A DNA stretch of 64,000 nt, taken from the NCBI GenBank assembly GCA_963703565.1, contig CAVPEW010000047.1, forward strand, positions 4,029 through 68,028. Direction: 5' to 3'. The notes under the pieces were generated by a model. That model saw only the letters and a list, made by a program, of their open reading frames with translations. It did no database searches and was not told where the DNA came from. The DNA comes from an uncultured Microthrixaceae bacterium (GTDB taxonomy: Bacteria > Actinomycetota > Acidimicrobiia > Acidimicrobiales > VFJN01). Made by a program: the position numbers and the translations under genes. Shown piece by piece: positions 52,697 to 63,272 of this stretch; the first letter of the stretch is position 1, and each line of letters begins with the position of its first letter.

Positions 52697-55244
52697 GTGC
52701 CGGTGCGGGTGGCGAACGCGGCGCTCGACGCGCTCTTCGAACACGCCGAGGCCTTCACGATCGAGGTGCGCACCGCCGACATGGACGGGGCCACCGCCGC
52801 CCTGGTCGCCACCCGCAGTGAGCTCGTGGCCCTCGCCGGCAGTGCGCGCGAAGCCGACAGCTCCACCAGGGCCGGCGGCCCGGGCGGCCTGGGCGGAGAA
52901 CCGCCCGACCCCCTGGTGACCAGGGTGGTGATCGGACCCCGCGGACCGCTGCTGCGGGGCACCAACCTGCGACTGGGCGACGAGCTGATCGAGTCGATCC
53001 CCGACCGGGTGGTCCGGCACCTCGAAGCGGCGGGCGTCCTCGACGCGTTGGTCGACGTGCCCACCGAAGATCCGCTGGACCAGATCGACGCCACCCCGTC
53101 CGCGGTGGTGCTGAGGGTCTTCCCGGCTCCCGGCACCCCTGTACCCGGTGAGTGGCTGGACCTCGCCTCCGACTGGGTCCTCGGCGACCACCGACCGACC
53201 GACACGGTGCGGCTCCGGCTCCTGGGGGTGAGCTACTCGGTGGCGGTTGCCGACGCGGGGGCGCACCTGCACGAGGCCAACCGGGCCCGCGCCTGGTGCG
53301 ATCTGGCGGCGGGGCGTCCAGACGATCGGCTCCGCACGGCATCGCTCACCTTCGGGCGCGCCCCGCACCTGGCGCTCGCGGCAGGGGGACCGGGCTGCGA
53401 CGACCACGCCTTGCTGGCCCGCTTCGACCTGCTGGCCGACGTGGCGCGGGACCTGGCATCCGGCATCGCCTACGCCTGCATGGATTTCGAGGACACGTTC
53501 GCAGCCATCGGGCTCGGGCTGGCCAACGACGGCTGGCGGAGTCGGGGTGGCGCCAACCCCAACCTGGTGGCCGGAGCGCTGGGCGACGTTGCGGTGCCGG
53601 ACGGCTTCGCCTTCCAGGTGCTGGGCAAGGGCCACCTGGCCCGCTTCGGCGATCCGGGTGATCCGCCGATCGGAGTCCCGCTGGCCGAGGGGCGGGTGGA
53701 GGTAGCGCTCGGCGATCCGGCGGACTGGCTGGCCGGGGGCGATGCCCGAGCCGCCGCCCAGGCCGAGGCCATCGCAGTGCTGGCCCCCGCCCTCCTGGAC
53801 GAGGCGGGTGCCGACGCCCTGGTGGCGCTACGACCTCCCGTCGACCACGGCGCCGGCCTCGAAGAGCCCGGCGCCGCGGTCGCGCTCGACCTGGACGAGA
53901 TCGTGCTGGAGGCGTCTCCACACCCGCGCAGGGGTCGCAGGCTGACGCTGCTCGAGCTGGCCGCCTGGCTCGGCCACGAGCCCCACAGCGACGCCCCCGC
54001 CAGCGTCTCGCCCGTGCTGGCCACCTTCGGCCGCTGGCTCGCCGCCGGCCTGGGCCACGACGAGCGCCAGGAGCTGCAAGACGCGGGCAGTCGGCCTGGT
54101 CGGCACAGGCCCCGGAGGCGGCTCGGGTCGCGCCGCCCGAGCTACCGGGGGCGACCTGCAGAACGACGAGCACGACCGGGCCTGGGCGGTGGCGGACTGG
54201 CTGGCGCGGGTCCAGGCGCCCGCGTGGCTGCGTCTGGCCGGCATGGCCGAGGCGGCCGACCGGCTGGAGAGCCTCGGGCACCTCAGATCCGAGCTGGACC
54301 TCGTTCGGGCGGTCGAGACCACCGGCTCGGCTCTGATGATCGCCAGCAGGCGGATCGACCTGACGCTCGCCATCTCCTCGGCCGGGAGCAGCGAGCGTGC
54401 CGGTAGCTCGGTGGACATCGACGGCGCCGCGTGGTCTGCCTGGGAGCAGGCCGCCGAGGCCTCGGGCTGCGTGGCCGCCGCGGAGGCATCCTCGGTCGAT
54501 CTGCCGTCCGAGCTGGCCTATGCGACGGACCTGCGCGTCATCGAGTGCAGCCGCGACGCCCGTGCCCGCGACAACCTCGACGCGTCCCGGACCACGATCG
54601 GCCACGCGGCCTGGGTCACCGCCTTGCACGCCATGGCCGAGCAGGCCTGGGACCAGGGCTGGCGGGCCCTCGAGGCGACGGTAGACGGCGAAGCCCGACT
54701 CCCCTGGCGCGAGGCATGGCGACGAGCCGAGCGAGCCGCCGCGGAGTGGGCCGCCGTCGACCCCGCGCTGGCCGAGTCGATGCTGGACCGCGGCGCCGAA
54801 GCCGGGCGCGAGTCGCTCACGCGCGCCGCGCTCGGCGGTGCAGCCGGATCGACGGTCTCCGCCTGGGACCGGGCGCTCGACGCGGCGCGGGTTGGGCCGG
54901 GTGGAGACTCGGCCGGGCGGCTGTGGGGCCGCACCCTCGATCTCGCGATCGACGTGGTCGAGGTGGGCCCCTGGGAGGCGGGATCGGCGGCGGCACGGGC
55001 AGCGGTCGACGTCGCACTGAGCGGCGCCGGCGAAGCCGTCGGGCGCACCGTGGCGGTGTCGCTCGCCCGGGAGGCCTGCGTGGGGGCCGCTCGTGCCGTA
55101 GCGCTGAGAGCCGCGGCGACCGCGGCCGCCGAGGGGGGAGACGCCCAGGCCTGCCGGCGCGCCGCCATTGCCGCCCTGTCGTCCACCGCCGCGAGCCTGG
55201 GTCGGCGCGCCGTCTCCCAGCTCGACTCGATGCTGGCGGACTGA
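52697..55244 (+). CDS. Large hypothetical two-part protein, +1 frameshift at ~54071-54077
   Basis: Coding-like ORFs 52559-54406 and 54189-55244 join when one base is removed from GAGCTGC; TACCGT -10 before GTG 52697; Ala/Trp-rich C-terminus. Confidence 0.65.
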
Positions 55245-55277
55245 GCCGCCCGGCGCCGCGTCAGGGGCGACGCGGCG

Positions 55278-56621
55278 TCAGGGGCCCGGCGTCGAGTCGA
55301 AGGCCTCGCGGGCCTGGTGGGCGGCCCTGCGCACCAGGTCCTCCGCATCGGCACCGCCGGCCGCCGCCGCCTCCACGGCGTCGAGCAACCGCCGCTCGAG
55401 CGATCCCGCCGCGATCCCGGCCCGGTCGAGCAGGTCACCCCACGCGACGCCCTGCGAGGCGGCCTTGCGACGGACCTTGTCGGCGAACAGCAGAGCCGGC
55501 AGGCTCGCCGGGATCCCCTCCATCACGCTGGTCCGACCCTTCTCTGCCACCTTGCCGGCCTCCCAGCGGGCAGCGAGGTCCTGGGCAGGGGCGGAGTCCA
55601 CCGTCGGCGCGAATACGTGCGGGTGACGAGACACCAACTTGTCGTGGATGCCGGCCAGGACGTCGTCGAGGTCGAAAGCGCCACGCTCGGCGGCGATGAC
55701 GGAGTGGATGGCCACCTGGAAGGCCAGGTCACCGAGCTCCTCGCACAGCTCGGCCTCACCCGCGCTCGACCCGGCGGAGACCGGGTCGAGCGGCGCGGCA
55801 TCGAGCGCGTCGATGGCCTCGAGCACCTCGTAGGTCTCCTCTATCAGGTGCCGGGTCAGGGATCGGTGGGTCTGGGCCCGGTCCCAGGGGCACCGCTCGC
55901 GCAGGACCTTGACCAGCTCGACGAGCTCTACGGCCCGGCGCCCCAGCTCGGAGCCGGTGGCCGGGATCCACACCGAGGTGAGGTGGTCGGCTTCGACGGA
56001 TCGGTCGAGGTCCGCCCACGCGACCTCGGCCACCACCTCGTCGGGCAACCCCAGGTGGTGCAGGATCACGGCCCGATCCGGCTCGTGGACGGCGTAGGCG
56101 AGCTTCACGTCCGACAGCACCCGCCGGTTGTGGCAGTCCGCTACCAGCAGCGGGCCGCGCTCGGCCGCGGCGTGGGTGACGAAGCGGTGGCCGTCGACGA
56201 GGCGCACGCCCTTCTCGAAGGGATCGACGCCCAGGCGGTCCCAGGCCAACTCCACGAAGGAGGTCCCCGGGATGACATCGACCCGGACCGACCCGCTGTC
56301 GACGAGGCTCCCCACGGTCGACTCGAGCACCCAGGGCGACCCGGGCACCAGGTAGCAGACGCGTCCGTGGAGCCGGGCCGCCGTCACCAGGTCGGAGACG
56401 ATGCCGTCGTAGACCTCGTCGAAGGTCGCCGCGGCGTCGTAGCGGTCGTCGAACGAGGCGCAGTCACCGGCCACGATCGCCGCTGGATGACGGGCCGTGC
56501 GCAAGTAGCGGTGAGGGATCTGCGCGACCGCGGCGAGGGTCGCGGGTGGCACCAGGTCGGGCCCGGCCGGGCCGAGGCCGGCCACGACCACGACCGGCAG
56601 CGCCGGACCGGAGGTGGTCAC
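55278..56621 (-). CDS. mazG: YabN-type tetrapyrrole-methylase-like/MazG pyrophosphohydrolase fusion
   Basis: GLGPAG, LRTARHP, YLVPGSP; CPWDRAQTHRSL, EETYEV, EELGDL, KLVSRHPHVF. Confidence 0.9.
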   Translation of the reverse strand: MTTSGPALPVVVVAGLGPAGPDLVPPATLAAVAQIPHRYLRTARHPAAIVAGDCASFDDRYDAAATFDEVYDGIVSDLVTAARLHGRVCYLVPGSPWVLESTVGSLVDSGSVRVDVIPGTSFVELAWDRLGVDPFEKGVRLVDGHRFVTHAAAERGPLLVADCHNRRVLSDVKLAYAVHEPDRAVILHHLGLPDEVVAEVAWADLDRSVEADHLTSVWIPATGSELGRRAVELVELVKVLRERCPWDRAQTHRSLTRHLIEETYEVLEAIDALDAAPLDPVSAGSSAGEAELCEELGDLAFQVAIHSVIAAERGAFDLDDVLAGIHDKLVSRHPHVFAPTVDSAPAQDLAARWEAGKVAEKGRTSVMEGIPASLPALLFADKVRRKAASQGVAWGDLLDRAGIAAGSLERRLLDAVEAAAAGGADAEDLVRRAAHQAREAFDSTPGP

Positions 56622-57190
56622 GTCGGCGCGTCGACGGGCCCCCGGGGCGGGACGGCCTGGGCGCTGGTGCGGTCCCACGAGCCGAACCGGGGGTTGACCT
56701 CGATGTCGGCCCGGGCGAACGCGTCCTGGAGCCATGCCCCGTAGGCGTCCTCGCCGAGGGTCTCGCCCAGCTTCACCTGTCGGGCGACGTCGTCGAGGTA
56801 GCGGGCCGCGAACTCGTCGGAGAACTCGTCGAGCACGCTGGTGCCGTTCGAGCCGGCATCGCCCAGCACGGATCGCGCCGCCCGGCGATCCTCGTCGGTC
56901 AACTCGAGGTCGCGCTCGTCGAAGGCGGCGTTGTTCAGGGCCCGGTAGACCCAGTCGTTGACCGCCACGGTGACGAAGCTGGCTTCGTAGCCGTCGGGCA
57001 CCCGGGTCGAACGGGCCTGCATGCCCACGAAGGCCTCGTTACCGGCGAACTCGTCGAGGGAGTCGAGGAACTCGGCCTCGTCGACGGTGTCGTCCCCCAC
57101 CCGAACTGCCGCAGTCGTGGAGTCGCCGCAGCCTGTTGCCACGAGGGCCCCCAGGGCGAGCAGGGTGATCGGGAGCAGCCGGCGACGCAC
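56618..57190 (-). CDS. Lipoprotein, SurA/PrsA N-domain-like
   Basis: LVATGC lipobox; AAVRVGDDTV; ADIEVNPRFGSWD; between mfd and mazG. Confidence 0.75.
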   Translation of the reverse strand: MRRRLLPITLLALGALVATGCGDSTTAAVRVGDDTVDEAEFLDSLDEFAGNEAFVGMQARSTRVPDGYEASFVTVAVNDWVYRALNNAAFDERDLELTDEDRRAARSVLGDAGSNGTSVLDEFSDEFAARYLDDVARQVKLGETLGEDAYGAWLQDAFARADIEVNPRFGSWDRTSAQAVPPRGPVDAPT

Positions 57191-57201
57191 GATCTCGAAG
57201 G

Positions 57202-60200
57202 CTAGAAGGCGGGAACCGGCCCCGACGAAAGCGGGGGGCGGCTGGCGCCGCCGACCTCGGTGCCCGATCCGCCCGCGCCCTGGTCACCGTCGGAGCCCCC
57301 GGCCACCTCGGGGCGGCTCGCCTGCGGGAGGGCGTCGGGCTCCGGGGGCACGAGGGCAGCGAGCAACTCGACGAGCGCCGGTGCCGGACCCCCCGCCGGG
57401 CGCACCAGGGTCACCACCAACAGGCGGTCGGGCTCCTTGTGGACCGCCTTGGGCGCGAGGCGACTCAGGCGGAGCCGCTGGCTGGCGCGCAGGTCGAGCG
57501 GCGAGCACCGTGCGGTGTAGGTGCCGGGCCGGTCGCCTGCCACGACCGACACCTCCCGTATGCCCAACCGCGAGCACTCCGCTCGGAGCAGGCCCACCTC
57601 GAGCAGCGCCTGCGCGGGGGGTGGGACAGGTCCGTACCGGTCCTCCCACTCGGCGCGGATGTCGGCCACCTCGCCGGGGGTGGTCACCGCGGCCAGGCGC
57701 CGGTAGGCCTCCAGGCGCAGGTCGCCGGCCGCTACGTAGTCGGCGGGTAGGTGGGCGTCGACGGGCAGGTCGAGCTTGATCTCGGCTGGCGCCCCGACCG
57801 GCTCGCCCTTGAGCTGGCTGATCGCCTCGGTGACCATCTGGCAGTACAGGTCGTAGCCGACCGCGGCGATGTGACCGGACTGGCCGGTGCCGAGCAGGTT
57901 GCCAGCACCCCGGATCTCGAGGTCGCGCATCGCGATGCGAAACCCCGAGCCCAGTTCGGTGGCCTCGCCGATGGTCTTCAGCCGCTCGTAGGCCTCGTCG
58001 CTCAACGACCGGTCGGGCGGGACCAGCAGGTACGCGTAGGCCCGCTGGCCGGACCGCCCGACCCGGCCGCGCAGCTGGTGCAGCTGCCCCAGGCCCAACA
58101 GATCGGCGCGATCGGCGACGAGGGTGTTCACGGTGGGCATGTCGATGCCGGACTCGATGATGGTGGTGCACACCAACACGTCGAACTCGCCCTGCCAGAA
58201 CGCCAGCACGACCTGTTCGAGGGAGCCCTCGTCGAGCTGCCCGTGGGCCACCGCGACCCGTGCCTCGGGCACCAGCTCGCGGACGTGGGCCGCCACCTGC
58301 TCTATGTCCTGCACCCGATTGTGGACGTAGAAGGCCTGGCCCTCGCGCAGCAGCTCGCGCCGGATGGCCTCCGCGACGGCCCGGTCGTCGTAGTCACCGA
58401 CGTAGGTCAGGATCGGGCGGCGGTCGGCGGGGGCGGTGTGGAGCAGGGTGAGGTCACGGATGCCGGTGAGGCTCATCTCGAGCGTGCGCGGGATCGGCGT
58501 GGCCGTCAGGGTGAGCACGTCCACTCCGGTGCTCAGGGCCTTGACCTGCTCCTTGTGGGACACGCCGAAGCGCTGCTCCTCGTCGACCACCAGCAGCCCC
58601 AGGTCCTTGAAGGTGATGTCGTCGCTGAGCAGTCGGTGGGTGCCGATGACCACGTCGACCGATCCGTCGGCCAGACCGGCCACCACCGCGCGGGACTGGC
58701 CGGGGGTGAGGAACCTCGACAGCACCTCCACGCGCACCGGATAGCCCGAGAAGCGGTCGGAGAAGGTGGCGTGATGCTGCTGGGCCAGCAGGGTGGTCGG
58801 CACCAGGACGCAGACCTGCTTGCCGTCCTGGACCGCCTTGAACGCGGCTCGCAGCGCGATCTCGGTCTTGCCGAAGCCGACGTCGCCGCACACGAGGCGG
58901 TCCATCGGGTGCTCGGACTCCATGTCCGCCTTCACCTCGGCGATCGCGGTCAGCTGATCAGGCGTCTCCTGGTAGCCGAACGCGTCCTCGACCTCTCGCT
59001 GCCAGGGGGTGTCGGGAGCGAAGGCGTGCCCTTCGGCGGCCAGGCGGGCCTGGTAGAGCACGACCAGCTCCTGGGCCACCTCGGCCACCGCCGCGTGGAC
59101 GCGGGCCCGGGTGCGCGCCCAGCCGTCGCCGCCCAGGCGCGACAGCGTGGGCGTCTCGCCGACGCTGTAGCGCCGCACCGCGTCGATCTGGTCGGAGGGG
59201 ACGTAGAGGCGGTCCTCCCCCCGATACTCGAGCAGCAGGTAGTCCCGCTCGGCGCCGCCGATGGCACGACGCACCATGCCCCCGTAGCGCGCCACGCCGT
59301 GCTGGTGGTGCACCACGTAGTCGCCGGGCTCGAGGTCGTCGACCGCGCGCTGGGCGCCGCGCCGAGCCGGGCGGGCCCGGCGGTGGGCGCGGCGGCGCCC
59401 GGTCAGCTCGTGCTCGGCCACGGTGGCCAGGCGAACCGATGGCAGCACGCAACCCCGCTCGAGGGAGGCGACCTCCACGTTGGCCTTCACCCCCTGGGCG
59501 GCCAGCGCTTCGCCCAGGCGGGCCGCGGACGCGTCGGTCGCCGCCGCCACACAGATCCGATAGCCGCTCGCGGCCAGCCCGGCGAGCTGGCGCACGACGC
59601 GATCGGGCTCACCGATCACAGGGTCGGGCGCGTGCGCGACCACGGTGGCCACGCCCGGACCCTCGGGGGCTGTCGTCATCGTCCACACGGGCGCCTCCGT
59701 GCGCGCCAGCAGCGAGTCGAACGCCACGTGCAACGTGGGGAACGTCGCATCGTCTCCCACGCCCCAGGTGCGCGCCAGGGTGGAGGCGAGGTCCGCCTCC
59801 TCGGCACGCAGGTCGGCGGCGCGGTCACGCATGCGGCGAGGCTCGACGACGACCACCAGCGCTTCGGGCCCCACCAGGTCGACGAGCACCGATTCGTCGT
59901 CGCTCAGCCACGGCAGCCAGGACTCCATGCCATCGAAGGTGGCCCCCTCGGCGAGCCGCTCCCACTGCTCGCGACCCCACGGCTGGCTGGCCACGAGCGC
60001 CTCGGCACGGGCCCGAACCTCCGCGCTGGGCAGCAGCTCGCGGCACCCGAACAGCTCCACCTCCTCGACCGGGGCCGCCGAGCGCTGGTCGGCGACGGCG
60101 AACTCGCTGAGGCGGTCGACCTCGTCACCCCACAGGTCGATGCGCACCGGCCGCTCGGAGGTCGGCCCGAACACGTCGACGATCGAGCCCCGAACGGCGA

Positions 60201-60741
60201 GGTGACCCCGGTGCTCGACGAGGGCCTCGCGCCGGTACCCTGCCTCGACCAGGCGGGCGACCAGGTCGTCGCGTTCGAGGCGCTGGCCTCGCCGCACGAC
60301 CACCGGCTCGGCCCGGGTCACGTCGGGCCCCAGGCGCTGGATCAGGGCCCGCACCGGCGCCACGACCACCGCCGGTCGTCGCGCCGGATCGCCGCGGAGG
60401 CGCCAGATGGTGCGCAAGCGGCGGCCCATCGTCTCGACCGAGGGCGACACGCGCTCGAAGGGCAGCGTCTCCCAGGCACCGAAGCGCTCGACCGCATCGT
60501 CACCGAGGAAGGTCGCCAGGTCGCCGGCCAACCGGTCGGCCTCGCCGGTGGTGGGCACCGCGACCACGATCGGGGCCCGACGCGAGGTGGCCGACAGCCC
60601 GGCCACGACGAGGGCGCGCGCCGGATCCGGCACCGCCAGCACGGCCTGTGCCCGACCTCGCACCGACGCCAGCGCCGGCTCGTCGCGCAGCAGCGCCGGC
60701 AGGTCGCGCAGCGTCGGGGACGGGGGGGGATGGATGGCCAT
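57202..60741 (-). CDS. mfd: Transcription-repair coupling factor
   Basis: WETLPFE, VVHHQHGV, GDVGFGKT, DEEQRFGV, TATPIPRT, QLRGRVGR, DLEIRGAGNLLG. Confidence 0.98.
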   Translation of the reverse strand: MAIHPPPSPTLRDLPALLRDEPALASVRGRAQAVLAVPDPARALVVAGLSATSRRAPIVVAVPTTGEADRLAGDLATFLGDDAVERFGAWETLPFERVSPSVETMGRRLRTIWRLRGDPARRPAVVVAPVRALIQRLGPDVTRAEPVVVRRGQRLERDDLVARLVEAGYRREALVEHRGHLAVRGSIVDVFGPTSERPVRIDLWGDEVDRLSEFAVADQRSAAPVEEVELFGCRELLPSAEVRARAEALVASQPWGREQWERLAEGATFDGMESWLPWLSDDESVLVDLVGPEALVVVVEPRRMRDRAADLRAEEADLASTLARTWGVGDDATFPTLHVAFDSLLARTEAPVWTMTTAPEGPGVATVVAHAPDPVIGEPDRVVRQLAGLAASGYRICVAAATDASAARLGEALAAQGVKANVEVASLERGCVLPSVRLATVAEHELTGRRRAHRRARPARRGAQRAVDDLEPGDYVVHHQHGVARYGGMVRRAIGGAERDYLLLEYRGEDRLYVPSDQIDAVRRYSVGETPTLSRLGGDGWARTRARVHAAVAEVAQELVVLYQARLAAEGHAFAPDTPWQREVEDAFGYQETPDQLTAIAEVKADMESEHPMDRLVCGDVGFGKTEIALRAAFKAVQDGKQVCVLVPTTLLAQQHHATFSDRFSGYPVRVEVLSRFLTPGQSRAVVAGLADGSVDVVIGTHRLLSDDITFKDLGLLVVDEEQRFGVSHKEQVKALSTGVDVLTLTATPIPRTLEMSLTGIRDLTLLHTAPADRRPILTYVGDYDDRAVAEAIRRELLREGQAFYVHNRVQDIEQVAAHVRELVPEARVAVAHGQLDEGSLEQVVLAFWQGEFDVLVCTTIIESGIDMPTVNTLVADRADLLGLGQLHQLRGRVGRSGQRAYAYLLVPPDRSLSDEAYERLKTIGEATELGSGFRIAMRDLEIRGAGNLLGTGQSGHIAAVGYDLYCQMVTEAISQLKGEPVGAPAEIKLDLPVDAHLPADYVAAGDLRLEAYRRLAAVTTPGEVADIRAEWEDRYGPVPPPAQALLEVGLLRAECSRLGIREVSVVAGDRPGTYTARCSPLDLRASQRLRLSRLAPKAVHKEPDRLLVVTLVRPAGGPAPALVELLAALVPPEPDALPQASRPEVAGGSDGDQGAGGSGTEVGGASRPPLSSGPVPAF

Positions 60742-60800
60742 GGGGGCCGTCAGGCTACTGGCGCGGCCGTTTGCGCCAGCGTCCCGATCGCGGCGAGACC

Positions 60801-61409
60801 TCAGCCCCCGCGGGTGTTCACGGCGTTCATCGCCGCGGCCATCCCGTCGGTGACGATGAGCTGTACGGCGTCGGCCGCCTCGGCGACGGCCACGTCGAGC
60901 TCGCTGCGCTGCGCCCCGCGCACGGAACCCAGCACGTGGTCGGCTCCGCGACGGGCCCCACCCGGCGGCTTGCCGATGCCGATGCGCACCCGGGCGAAGT
61001 CCCGGGAGCGAAGGTGAGCGGCCACCGACCGCAGCCCGTTGTGGCCGGCCAGGCCGCCGCCCAGCTTGAGCTTGATCCGCCCCAGTGGCAGATCGAGCTC
61101 GTCGTGCACCACGACGAGGTGGGCCAGGTCGTGGATGCCGTGCCGGCGCACCAGCGCCGCCACGGCCAGCCCGGAATCGTTCATGAAGGTCTGCGGGAAC
61201 GCCAGCGCCACCCGCGACCCGCCGATGCCCACCTCGGCCACCAGGGCACGCTCGCGCCCGCGGCGCAGCGAGACGCCGGCGCGCTCGGCGAGGCAGGCGA
61301 CCACCTCGGCACCCACGTTGTGACGGGTCCGAGCGTACTGCCCGCCCGGGTTGCCCAGGCCCACGACCAGCAGATCCGAGGCAGTGCCCCGGCGCTCACC
61401 GCGAGGCAA
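60801..61409 (-). CDS. pth: Peptidyl-tRNA hydrolase
   Basis: VGLGNPG, TRHNVG, TFMNDSG, HDELD, GHNGLRS; start approximate. Confidence 0.95.
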   Translation of the reverse strand: MPRGERRGTASDLLVVGLGNPGGQYARTRHNVGAEVVACLAERAGVSLRRGRERALVAEVGIGGSRVALAFPQTFMNDSGLAVAALVRRHGIHDLAHLVVVHDELDLPLGRIKLKLGGGLAGHNGLRSVAAHLRSRDFARVRIGIGKPPGGARRGADHVLGSVRGAQRSELDVAVAEAADAVQLIVTDGMAAAMNAVNTRGG

Positions 61410-61447
61410 GGATGCGCCCGTCGCTGCGAACGGTACCGGTCGGCAGC

Positions 61448-62143
61448 TCAGCCGCCGCCGGCGCCGCCGTCGGCCGCATCCGCGTCCGCGCCACCGCTGT
61501 CGGAGCCCTCGGCGTGCGAGCCCCTCGCGGCGTCGCTGGGCCCACCCTCGGCCTCGTCGGTGGCCTCCTGGTCGCCCATGTCGGCGAGCACCACCTGGGC
61601 GATGACGATCGCTTGCTCGGGGTCGACCGCGGTCTGCACGCCGGCCGGCAGCGCCAGGTCGCCGACGCGCACAGTGTCGCCGACCCCCAGATCGGTGACG
61701 TCGACGACCAGCTGCGCGGGGATGGCGCCCGGCTTGGCAGACACGGTCAGGCTGGTCAGGACCTGGTCCACCACCCCGCCCGTGGCCGACAGCACCGCTC
61801 GGGCCTCGCCCTCGAGCACCACGGGCACCTCGACCTCGACCGCCACGTCCAGGTCGACCCGCAGGAAGTCGACGTGGAGCACGTCGCGACGCACGGGGTG
61901 ACGCTGGAGGTCCTTGACCAGCGTCGGCGTGGACGTGCCCTCGAGCGCGAGGTGGATCACCGCGTTCAGGCCCTGCCCGGTCGTGAGCGCGCTGCGCAGC
62001 TCGCGCCAGGGCACGGTCACCGGCACCGGATCTCCGCCGTGGCCGTAGACCACCCCCGGGACGAGGCCCTTCGCGCGCAGCCGGCGTGAGGGGCGGGTGC
62101 CGTGGACGGGACGCGGCGTGGCCGCGAGGGTGATCTCAGCCAT
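61448..62143 (-). CDS. rplY: 50S ribosomal protein L25 (Ctc)
   Basis: SRRLRAKGLVPGVVYG, QRHPV, LHVDF, acidic tail. Confidence 0.95.
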   Translation of the reverse strand: MAEITLAATPRPVHGTRPSRRLRAKGLVPGVVYGHGGDPVPVTVPWRELRSALTTGQGLNAVIHLALEGTSTPTLVKDLQRHPVRRDVLHVDFLRVDLDVAVEVEVPVVLEGEARAVLSATGGVVDQVLTSLTVSAKPGAIPAQLVVDVTDLGVGDTVRVGDLALPAGVQTAVDPEQAIVIAQVVLADMGDQEATDEAEGGPSDAARGSHAEGSDSGGADADAADGGAGGG

Positions 62144-62239
62144 CGGAGGGCTCCTACGTCTGTGATCGCGCCGGAGCGCTGTGGGGATGGGGTGCACCAG
62201 ACTATGGCCCCCCACCCGGCCCGGCGAGACGGGGGAGGT

Positions 62240-63223
62240 TCAGGATAGGTTGGCCCCGCCGAAGATCTCGCTCACGCTGGAGTCGGAGAACACCGCGTCG
62301 ATGGCGTCGGCGACGATCCGAGCCACCGAGAGGACCACGATCTTGTCGATCTGCTTCTCGGGCGGCAGCGGCAGCGTGTCGGTGATCACGCATCGCTCGA
62401 TCACCGAGCTCTCGAGCCGGTCGACGGCCGGTCCCGAGAGCACGCCATGGGTGGCGGCGGCATGGACCTGGGCAGCGCCCCTCTCGACGAGTTGCTCGGC
62501 GGCAGCGCACAACGTGCCACCGGTGTCGATCATGTCGTCGATGAGCACGCAGGCGCGCCCCTCCACGTCGCCCACCACCTCCTTGGCCTCGACGCTGTTG
62601 CGCTGGCCCTTGACCCGACGCTTGTGCACGATGGCGAGATCGGCGTGGAGGGCGTTGGCGTAGCGCTCGGCCACCTTGACCCGCCCGGCGTCGGGTGAGA
62701 CCACGACCAGATCCTGTGGGAGGTGCTCGCCCAGGTAGTCGACCAGCACCGGCATCGCGGTGAGGTGGTCGACAGGGCCGTCGAAGAAGCCCTGGATCTG
62801 GCCGGAGTGCAGATCGACCGACACGAGCCGGGACGCCCCCGCGGCCGCGAACATGTTCGCCACCAGCTTGGCGGTGATGGGCTCGCGACCCTCGGCCTTG
62901 CGATCCTGGCGGGCGTAGCCATACGAGGGCATCACCGCGGTGATCCGCTTGGCGGACGCCCTGCGAGCGGCGTCGACCATGATCAGCTGCTCCATCACCG
63001 CGTCGTTGACCGACATCTCGGCGTTGGACCCGTGGCTCTGGATGATGAACACGTCGGCACCGCGCACCGACTCACCGAAGCGGCAGTGGATCTCACCGTT
63101 GGCGAACTCGGCCAGGTTGGCCTCGCCCAGGGCGACGTCGAGCTCCTCCGCGATCCGCTGGGCCAGCGGCAGGTTGGCGCGCCCGGACAGCAGGTGCAGG
63201 GTCTTGCGCGTCACCAGCTCCAT
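62240..63223 (-). CDS. prs: Ribose-phosphate pyrophosphokinase
   Basis: FANGE, YARQDRK, VDLH, SPDAG, DDMIDTGGT. Confidence 0.97.
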   Translation of the reverse strand: MELVTRKTLHLLSGRANLPLAQRIAEELDVALGEANLAEFANGEIHCRFGESVRGADVFIIQSHGSNAEMSVNDAVMEQLIMVDAARRASAKRITAVMPSYGYARQDRKAEGREPITAKLVANMFAAAGASRLVSVDLHSGQIQGFFDGPVDHLTAMPVLVDYLGEHLPQDLVVVSPDAGRVKVAERYANALHADLAIVHKRRVKGQRNSVEAKEVVGDVEGRACVLIDDMIDTGGTLCAAAEQLVERGAAQVHAAATHGVLSGPAVDRLESSVIERCVITDTLPLPPEKQIDKIVVLSVARIVADAIDAVFSDSSVSEIFGGANLS

Positions 63224-63272
63224 GGACGTGCCTCGCTTCGCGTTCGAACCCGAGGGTCGCTCGCTCGGGCGG

